Source: an uncultured Pseudomonadales bacterium (GTDB lineage: Bacteria; Pseudomonadota; Gammaproteobacteria; Pseudomonadales; Pseudohongiellaceae). Taken from it: a DNA stretch of 64,000 nt. The position numbers and the translations under genes are program-made. A model generated the notes under the pieces. That model was not told where the DNA came from. It saw nothing but the letters and a program-made list of their open reading frames with translations, and did not search any database. The stretch lies in NCBI GenBank assembly GCA_949430125.1, contig CASQMQ010000025.1, positions 6,297 through 70,296 of the forward strand. Reading direction: 5' to 3'. Below, piece after piece: positions 57,377 to 64,000 of this stretch (position 1 is its first letter; each line of letters begins with the position of its first letter).

Positions 57377-58654
57377 TTAGAGCTTTGAAGCAAGAGGCAC
57401 AACTAGTTTCATCAATGCAGGCAAGGCATTCTGATTTTCTCTTACTAGCTGTTTTCCCCGCTCACCCATTTCCTGCCGCGCCCGTTCGTCTGCGATCAAT
57501 GTAGAAACGCTTTGAGCTAATTCCATCTCGTTCTGTATAGTCTTTAAACCACCAGCGTGTTCCAGTTGTTTGCAGATGGTCGCGAAGTTGTACTGAGAGG
57601 GGCCTACTAAAATTGGGATGCCCATTGCAGCCGGCTCAAGAACATTCTGACAGCCGGTATCGACAAGACTTCCACCGACGAATGCGATCGTCGCAACACT
57701 GTAGTAGTCCAACATTTCTCCCATGCTATTCCCTATCACAACTTGAGTGTTAGACTCTACTACCCCATCGTCACTTCGCCTCACTGTAGTGAAACCTTTA
57801 TCTTCGCTTAATTTTCCAGCCTTGACGAATCGCTCAGGATGTCGCGGAATCAATACCAAAAGTAAAGAAGGAATTTCATCAAGACATCTTTTGAAAGCGG
57901 CTAACACTTGCTCCTCCTCACCCTCCCGTGTGCTAGCGGCAATCAGGACCGGTCGCGCCATGTTTTCGATTGCGCAGAAGTAGGCTTGTTTCTCTTTTTC
58001 ATCTACATCAACTAAAAATTTCAAGCTTCCAGTAACTTCCACCTGTTCTGGGTTGGCCCCGAGGTCGATAAAGCGCTGTGCATCGGGAGCAGATTGAGCA
58101 GCTATCCTGTCGATCTTCTCTAAGAGGCTGCCCGTGAATGTCGCGAATCGGCCATAACCTGTTGCTGACTTTTCCGATAACCGTCCATTGGCTAACAACA
58201 GCTTAACGCCTCGATGATGACAAGAATGCACTAAATTTGGCCAGAGCTCTGTCTCCATCAAGATCAACAGGCTAGGCTGATATTTATCGAGGAAGCGATT
58301 ACAGGCACCTGGTAGGTCGTAAGGAATGTAGACATGCATCACTGACCCACCGAAAAGCATGCGGACGCGGTCTGAGCCGGTGGGTGTCATGGTTGTCATA
58401 ACAATCTGGGCGTCAGGATAGAGACGCTGCAATTCTTTTACCAATGGCGCGGATGCGGCTGTCTCGCCTACTGAAACCGCATGGATCCAAAGTGTAAGTT
58501 TGGTCTTGGCGAACTCCTTAGGCATCGGCTGCAGAGCAAAACGCTCGCCAATGCGTTTTCGATAGGCCGGAACTTCTAAAGATCGGACCAAAAGGCGGAT
58601 GATAATTACAGGCAGAGCGAGATATAAAATGACACTGTAGATAATTCGATGCAT
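57377..58654 (-). CDS. waaA: 3-deoxy-D-manno-octulosonic acid (Kdo) transferase
   Basis: IYSVILYLALPVIIIRLL...LWIHAVSVGE...VGGSLV..GCQNVLEPAAMGIPILVGP, 425 aa. Confidence 0.9.
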   Translation of the reverse strand: MHRIIYSVILYLALPVIIIRLLVRSLEVPAYRKRIGERFALQPMPKEFAKTKLTLWIHAVSVGETAASAPLVKELQRLYPDAQIVMTTMTPTGSDRVRMLFGGSVMHVYIPYDLPGACNRFLDKYQPSLLILMETELWPNLVHSCHHRGVKLLLANGRLSEKSATGYGRFATFTGSLLEKIDRIAAQSAPDAQRFIDLGANPEQVEVTGSLKFLVDVDEKEKQAYFCAIENMARPVLIAASTREGEEEQVLAAFKRCLDEIPSLLLVLIPRHPERFVKAGKLSEDKGFTTVRRSDDGVVESNTQVVIGNSMGEMLDYYSVATIAFVGGSLVDTGCQNVLEPAAMGIPILVGPSQYNFATICKQLEHAGGLKTIQNEMELAQSVSTLIADERARQEMGERGKQLVRENQNALPALMKLVVPLASKL

Positions 58655-58818
58655 GAAAACCCAGCCTAGTTATTTAGTTTGCCACTCAGATAGGGAAGTA
58701 ATTGGGAAATAGTCCCTTATGCCGATATAATTTGAGTCCTGTAGTCTATCCGAATGCAGACAAGACACTCACGTTCCACGCATCGCCTATCGCCTGCGGC
58801 TCCGAGATAAGGTAACGA

Positions 58819-60018
58819 ATGACATCGAGCTATTCAACCGACATCGTCATATTTGGCGGTGGAATTGCGGGCCTCTGGATGCTGAACTGCCTGCGCAATC
58901 AAGGCTATCAAGCCATATTGCTGGAAACAGACAAGCTCGGTTCCGGCCAGACTCTCGCTTCACAGGGCATTATCCACGGTGGTCTCAAATATGCACTGAA
59001 TGGAGCTCTCGGCGGGGCGGCGAATATCATATCCGATATGCCTGCACGCTGGCGCAGCTGCCTAGCCGGCGAGGCGGAGATCGACCTTAGAGAATGTCGC
59101 GTACTCAGTGAGCGCTACTACATGTGGTCCAGCTCTGGATTTCGCTCGAAGCTTAAAACTTTTCTCGGCAGCAAGAGCCTTAGCGGCCGAGTTACAGCTG
59201 TAGAAAAGCATGACTACCCAGACTTCTTCAAGGCAGCTACTGTCGAAGGAATTCTCTATAAACTACCGGACTTTGTAGTAGATACGAACTCCCTACTAAA
59301 CCTGTTAGTTGAGAAGCAACGCGACTGGATATTCCAAATCAGTCCAGGGAGCTATAGATTCAAGCGCGATGAGTCAAGGTTGGTCAAAGCCATCTCATTT
59401 AATGATAAGGATAAACAATTTACTCTTGAAGCACAGAAGTTTATTTTTAGCGCCGGCAAAGGCAATCAGCAACTCATTGATGATGCGAATCTAGCGGAGC
59501 CGAAGTCACAACTAAGGCCGTTGAATATGGTCTATTTAAAGGGAAGGGATCTTCCTCCTGTTTTCGTACACTGTATAGGAGATAGTTTTAGTCTAACCCC
59601 GAAGCTGACTATTACCTCCCACAGCGATGCCCGTGGAGAAATGGTTTGGTACCTCGGCGGCGAGATTGCTGAGTCCGGCGTGGGAAAAGATTCGAAGACC
59701 CAGATTTACTCTGCACGAAAACTTCTAACAACTTTGTTTCCCTGGATAAATTTTGAGAAAACCGAATTTCATTGCTTCGCCATCGATAGGGCCGAGGCCA
59801 ATGTAAACAACAATTATCGACCGGAAGATGCCTATTTTATTGAAGAGAGTAATGTGTTGGTTGCATGGCCCACCAAGCTAACTCTGACACCAAATTTGGC
59901 CGATAATATTACCAAGCATTTAATATCTAGTGGAGTTGTTCCGTCAGGAACTTCTAGAGAACAAGGTTTGATTGGTGTATTCGAAGCCGCAGAGATCGCT
60001 ACTTCACGCTGGGATTAG
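58819..60018 (+). CDS. FAD-dependent oxidoreductase
   Basis: It has the N-terminal dinucleotide fold DIVIFGGGIAGLWMLNCL...LLETDKLGSGQTLASQGIIHGG; 399 aa. Confidence 0.75.
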   Translation: MTSSYSTDIVIFGGGIAGLWMLNCLRNQGYQAILLETDKLGSGQTLASQGIIHGGLKYALNGALGGAANIISDMPARWRSCLAGEAEIDLRECRVLSERYYMWSSSGFRSKLKTFLGSKSLSGRVTAVEKHDYPDFFKAATVEGILYKLPDFVVDTNSLLNLLVEKQRDWIFQISPGSYRFKRDESRLVKAISFNDKDKQFTLEAQKFIFSAGKGNQQLIDDANLAEPKSQLRPLNMVYLKGRDLPPVFVHCIGDSFSLTPKLTITSHSDARGEMVWYLGGEIAESGVGKDSKTQIYSARKLLTTLFPWINFEKTEFHCFAIDRAEANVNNNYRPEDAYFIEESNVLVAWPTKLTLTPNLADNITKHLISSGVVPSGTSREQGLIGVFEAAEIATSRWD

Positions 60019-60024
60019 AAACAC

Positions 60025-60822
60025 ATGGGTTTGGCAAAAAGAAAACTGGGGAAGACCGGCCTTGAGGTTTCCTGTCTAGGCTTGGGTACAGTCAAGATAG
60101 GCCGCAATCAAGATGTGAAGTATCCCAGCAGTTTCTCGCTTCCATCCGATGATGAGGTATCCGCTCTGATTGCCCGGGCCAAAGAGCTCGGTATTAATTT
60201 CATAGATACAGCTCCCGCCTATGGCAGCAGCGAGCAACGCTTAGGACGCCTCCTAAAAGGACGTCAAGATTGGATTATTTGCAGCAAGGTCGGTGAAGAG
60301 TTTGCTGCAGGAAAATCCCACTTCGATTTTTCAGCAGAGCACACACAGCGCAGTATCGAACGTAGTCTACGAGACATAGGAACTGACTATCTTGATATCG
60401 TCTTGATTCATTCCGATGGAAGCGACCGCAAAATCCTCGAATCCAGCGATTGCCCTGAAACCCTACTACGACTCAAGGATAAAGGCCTCATCAAGGCCGT
60501 TGGCATGTCTACCAAGACTGTGGAAGGTGGCATGAAGGCAGCGGAAATGCTTGACTTGGTGATGGTGACCTACAACCCGTCGATGCAAGACGACGCGATT
60601 GTGATCGATCACGCACTCGCGCTCGATAAAGGAATTCTAGTCAAGAAGGCGTTGAATAGTGGCCACGACTGCATCGCTGATGATGCAAGCGAGAATCCTA
60701 TTGGCACTAACTTCACACAAAGGAATCTACGCTTCGCGCTCGATAAAGAAGGCGTCACTAGCGTGATTGTGGGGACTATAAATCAGCAACATCTGCAGGA
60801 AAATATAGAAGCCGTTCAGTAA
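60025..60822 (+). CDS. Aldo/keto reductase
   Basis: LGKTGLEVSCLGLGT...INFIDTAPAYGSSEQRLG...YLDIVLIHS, 265 aa. Confidence 0.85.
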   Translation: MGLAKRKLGKTGLEVSCLGLGTVKIGRNQDVKYPSSFSLPSDDEVSALIARAKELGINFIDTAPAYGSSEQRLGRLLKGRQDWIICSKVGEEFAAGKSHFDFSAEHTQRSIERSLRDIGTDYLDIVLIHSDGSDRKILESSDCPETLLRLKDKGLIKAVGMSTKTVEGGMKAAEMLDLVMVTYNPSMQDDAIVIDHALALDKGILVKKALNSGHDCIADDASENPIGTNFTQRNLRFALDKEGVTSVIVGTINQQHLQENIEAVQ

Positions 60823-60856
60823 CGAAGCTCTATTAATTACAGCAATCTCAATCTTT

Positions 60857-62284
60857 CTAACCTGAGTCCTTCATTTTTTCTACTATAGCCGAGGTTGAGC
60901 AGTCGTCTAGAAATTCTAATGCTTTCACTTCGCCGCCATAAGAAAGAACGTACTCGCCGCCGACAACCTGCTCCAAGGAGTAGTCTCCTCCTTTAACGAG
61001 TATGTCTGGCTGTAGAGATTTTAGTAATTCCTCTGGCGTGTCCTCTTCAAAATTTACAACCCAGTCTACTGCCTCTAGGCCATCTAGAACTGCCATTCTA
61101 CGCTCAACAGGATTAATTGGGCGACCAGGCCCTTTTAATCGCATAACAGAATTGTCTGCATTGATTGCTACGACGAGTCTGTCGCCGAGCTTTTTCGCTT
61201 CGCTTAGATAACCTACGTGTCCAGCATGAATGATATCGAAGCAGCCATTGGTGAATACGATTTTTTCTCCGTGAGCCTTAGCATCATGCACAGCGATGCT
61301 GAGTTGCTCTGCAGTCATCACACCCAACCCAGAATCTTGTTCGGCCAGTATCGCCCTTCGAAGTTCCGGGCCGCTTATCGCCGCAGTACCTAGCTTGCCG
61401 ACTACCAGTCCGGCTGCAAGATTCGCGATCCCCGTAGCATCAGCGAGGCAATCACCGGCTGCAATTGCCGAGGCGAGTACAGAGATAACCGTGTCACCAG
61501 CGCCAGTCACGTCGAATACCTCACGCGCGCGTGCAGGTAAGTGCAACTCCTCTGAGTTCGGACGTAGCAAGGTCATACCATGCTCACCACGCGTGATAAG
61601 TATGGCCTGCAATTCGAGTTCGCTCATGAGCACTAGGCCCTTACTCACGAGTTCTTCTTCGTTCCTACAGGGTCCGACAACCGCCTCGAACTCACTAAAG
61701 TTTGGTGTTAGCAGGGTCGCACCGCGGTACTTTTCAAAGTTCGTCCCTTTCGGGTCAACGATGATTGGAATATTTTGTTTTCTAGCAAGTTCGATCAAAG
61801 CGGCAACATCTTGCAATACGCCCTTCGCATAATCCGAGAGCACGAGTACTTGCGCGCTTGGAAGAAGCGAGGTTGCGCGCGATTGAAGATCAACCACATC
61901 TTTTTTATCAAACTTTTCTTCAAAATCGAGGCGGATTAATTGTTGGTGCTGGCTGATTACTCGCAGCTTAGTGATCGTCGGCTTATCTTCGGATTTCAGA
62001 AATTCGCAATAGACTCCGGCGGCGGTGAGGCGAGACTCCAAATCCTGCGCATTGTCATCCTTGCCTACGACGCCGATAAGTGTAGCCGCCGATCCTAAAG
62101 CAGCGATATTCAGCGCCACGTTACCCGCTCCACCTGGCCGGTCTTCCTGGTTGCCAACCTGCACAACCGGTACTGGTGCCTCCGGTGATATGCGCGACGC
62201 AGCGCCATGCCAATATCTATCCAACATGACATCACCGATAACCAATAACTTGGCTTGCTGAAAGGCTGGCATCTCAAGTTTCAT
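60857..62284 (-). CDS. hldE: Bifunctional D-beta-D-heptose 7-phosphate kinase / heptose 1-phosphate adenylyltransferase
   Basis: It has an N-terminal ribokinase-like domain (VLVIGDVMLDRYW, DVTGAGDT) and a C-terminal cytidylyltransferase domain (FTNGCFDIIHAGHVGYL); 475 aa. Confidence 0.95.
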   Translation of the reverse strand: MKLEMPAFQQAKLLVIGDVMLDRYWHGAASRISPEAPVPVVQVGNQEDRPGGAGNVALNIAALGSAATLIGVVGKDDNAQDLESRLTAAGVYCEFLKSEDKPTITKLRVISQHQQLIRLDFEEKFDKKDVVDLQSRATSLLPSAQVLVLSDYAKGVLQDVAALIELARKQNIPIIVDPKGTNFEKYRGATLLTPNFSEFEAVVGPCRNEEELVSKGLVLMSELELQAILITRGEHGMTLLRPNSEELHLPARAREVFDVTGAGDTVISVLASAIAAGDCLADATGIANLAAGLVVGKLGTAAISGPELRRAILAEQDSGLGVMTAEQLSIAVHDAKAHGEKIVFTNGCFDIIHAGHVGYLSEAKKLGDRLVVAINADNSVMRLKGPGRPINPVERRMAVLDGLEAVDWVVNFEEDTPEELLKSLQPDILVKGGDYSLEQVVGGEYVLSYGGEVKALEFLDDCSTSAIVEKMKDSG

Positions 62285-62604
62285 CAGAGGTTTCCTGTAT
62301 TCGACGACTGCAGTTTTAATGCTTTTTATGGCGGCTGATCATATCACATGGGCTAAATACAGGAATAATGGCGCTTTCAAGTCGATTTCTTCATTCTGCC
62401 CCAAAGTGGGAAATTTCTACCAATTAGTCGATTCCTATCGATAGCTAGTGGGGCTCTAATAGCGATATTCACTAATAAGCAATTGAGGCCGCGTAAAGTG
62501 CGGTTATTTCTAGGCTTCTGCTACAATTCGCTCAAGCAATAGCGATAAACCTATTATTCTCTTTATTCTCCCGGCACCCATTCTGGTGCTCGCTGGCGTA
62601 ACTA

Positions 62605-63534
62605 GTGGCTGAAGATTCGAAAATAAGAACACCCCTGAGCCAATTCATCGCGCCAAGCTACTGGTCGACGTGGATAGGCTTGTCTGCAATGTGGCTGGCG
62701 GCACACCTACCATACCCGTTACAGATTCATATCGGGCGAGGCCTTGGGCTTCTCAGCTACTATTTCGCTAGGTCGAGACGGCACGTCTGCGAGGTTAACC
62801 TCCGTCTTTGCTTCCCCGAGCTAACCGAGCAGGAACACAAGAAGCTAGTAAGAAAGACTTTTCGCTCTAACGGCATAGGGCTTATCGAAGTAGCTATCGC
62901 TTGGTTTAGAGATCCGGAAGACTATCGATCTCGAACAACTGTAACTGGATTGGAAAACCTAGAGGCGGCTATCGCCGAGGGTCAGGGTGTACTGCTTCTC
63001 TGCGCGCATTTCTCTAGTTTGGAAATGGGTGGTTTCTTGTTCAATCTAGTCGGGGACATGGATGTAACCTATCGAGCGAACAAGAATCCGCTTTTTCAAG
63101 CGGCGATGTTCAACGGCCGTATTCGCCACTTCCGCCATGTCTACGACCGAAAAGATGTACGGGGCGCGATGCGAAGCCTGAAGGCAGCCCGGATTCTCTG
63201 GTACGCTCCAGATCAGGATTACGGCGCGAAGCACTCGGTGTTCGTCCCCTTCTTTGGTGTTCAAGCTGCGACCATCACCGCTACGGCCCGATTCGCCAAG
63301 GTAAATGATTCCGCGGTAGTGTTTTATAGCCATTATCGGAATGAAGATAACTCGGGGTATCATCTCGACTTCGCACCCGCCCTAAAAGAATTTCCAAGTG
63401 GCGACGCTGAAGCGGATGCGCGCACTACTAACGATTTAGTGGAACAGGCTATACGCAAACAGCCTGACCAATACCTTTGGTTGCACAAGCGATTTAAGAC
63501 GCAGGCTGCGGGGCCTTCCGCGAGACCATATTGA
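62605..63534 (+). CDS. lpxL: Lipid A biosynthesis lauroyl/myristoyl acyltransferase
   Basis: GTG start. FIAPSYWSTWIGL..., LLLCAHFSSLEMGG (HX4-type acyltransferase region), DQYLWLHKRFK; 309 aa. Confidence 0.85.
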   Translation: MAEDSKIRTPLSQFIAPSYWSTWIGLSAMWLAAHLPYPLQIHIGRGLGLLSYYFARSRRHVCEVNLRLCFPELTEQEHKKLVRKTFRSNGIGLIEVAIAWFRDPEDYRSRTTVTGLENLEAAIAEGQGVLLLCAHFSSLEMGGFLFNLVGDMDVTYRANKNPLFQAAMFNGRIRHFRHVYDRKDVRGAMRSLKAARILWYAPDQDYGAKHSVFVPFFGVQAATITATARFAKVNDSAVVFYSHYRNEDNSGYHLDFAPALKEFPSGDAEADARTTNDLVEQAIRKQPDQYLWLHKRFKTQAAGPSARPY

Positions 63535-63586
63535 TCTCGTATTAAAAACAAATAGCTGAGCAGTGAACAAAAAGAAATAAGTGAAG

Positions 63587-64000
63587 ATGAATCTAGATTG
63601 GCGACAACATGACATCAGAAGGATCGCGGTAGCGGCGAGCCTCGTGCTGTCTATCTTCACCTTACTCCTACAGGAAATTCCCAACTCGGATGCCTACACC
63701 TATGCACGCACGGCGGAGATATTCCTTGCGGAAGGAATCGTCGCGGCCTATCAACATTATTCATGGGCAACATATTCGATACTAATCGGAATAGTATCCG
63801 TAACTGGACTGGATGTATTCTCAGCTGGCTTGTTCATCAACGCGATGTTCTACGCTATTCTTGTTTACGCTTTTCTCAGTATCGTTAAAGAGATCAATAG
63901 CTCCGAGCCCTTGCTCGCCATCGCAGCAGTCTGCATCCTGGTTTACCCGCAGTTGAATGAGTACCGCGACTTATTAATTCGTGACATTGGATTCTGGGCG
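63587..64000 (+). CDS. Polytopic membrane protein, GT39/ArnT-like glycosyltransferase N-terminus (partial, runs off the right edge)
   Basis: The frame is open from ATG 63587 to the window end: MNLDWRQHDIRRIAVAASLVLSIF...NSDAYTYARTAEIFL... with several TM helices. The DxY-containing first loop resembles PMT_2/ArnT-type enzymes. The LPS-core context supports this call. Confidence 0.4.
   Translation, partial: MNLDWRQHDIRRIAVAASLVLSIFTLLLQEIPNSDAYTYARTAEIFLAEGIVAAYQHYSWATYSILIGIVSVTGLDVFSAGLFINAMFYAILVYAFLSIVKEINSSEPLLAIAAVCILVYPQLNEYRDLLIRDIGFWA

Overview
This is a 64-kb chromosomal segment of a gammaproteobacterium with mid-range GC content. Gene order follows Pseudomonas/Cellvibrionales-type core blocks, judged from memory of those genomes. 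The blocks run in this order:
- an ABC ATPase, ABC-2 permease and GldG-like transporter
- lptM-lysA-dapF-DUF484
- a 5.7-kb glycosyltransferase (GT) insert
- gshB, a TonB-like gene, yqgE and ruvX
- yggS-proC-yggT-yggU-metXW-rdgB-hemW
- phhB-argE-argA
- folA-thyA-lgt
- ptsP-rppH
- polB, slyD, lepB, gcvTHP and pepQ
- an LPS-core block (waaA, hldE, lpxL, an ArnT-like gene)

I recognised no rRNA, tRNA, CRISPR array, transposase, integrase or phage gene.

The dominant unusual signal is gene decay:
- pilT is dead: its start is ATA, it has seven in-frame stops and it has a frameshift.
- Three adjacent genes are dead: a ferritin-like gene, a beta-carbonic anhydrase and a GNAT acetyltransferase.
- Only a C-terminal stump of lhr remains.
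- argA and a DUF5916/CBM9-like outer-membrane gene each carry one frameshift.
- A roughly 1095-codon multidomain glycosyltransferase is broken inside a 63-bp tandem coiled-coil repeat.
- polB has no canonical start codon.

The most interesting single locus is a secreted CxxC redoxin. It has TGA exactly at the first Cys position, followed by a SECIS-like hairpin, so it is a candidate UxxC selenoprotein; the alternative is one more nonsense mutation. An orphan intergenic region also holds a 13-nt perfect complement to the 16S rRNA 3' end, with no canonical start codon and an intrinsic terminator downstream.

All homology calls come from reading the translations and recalling motifs. No database search was run.
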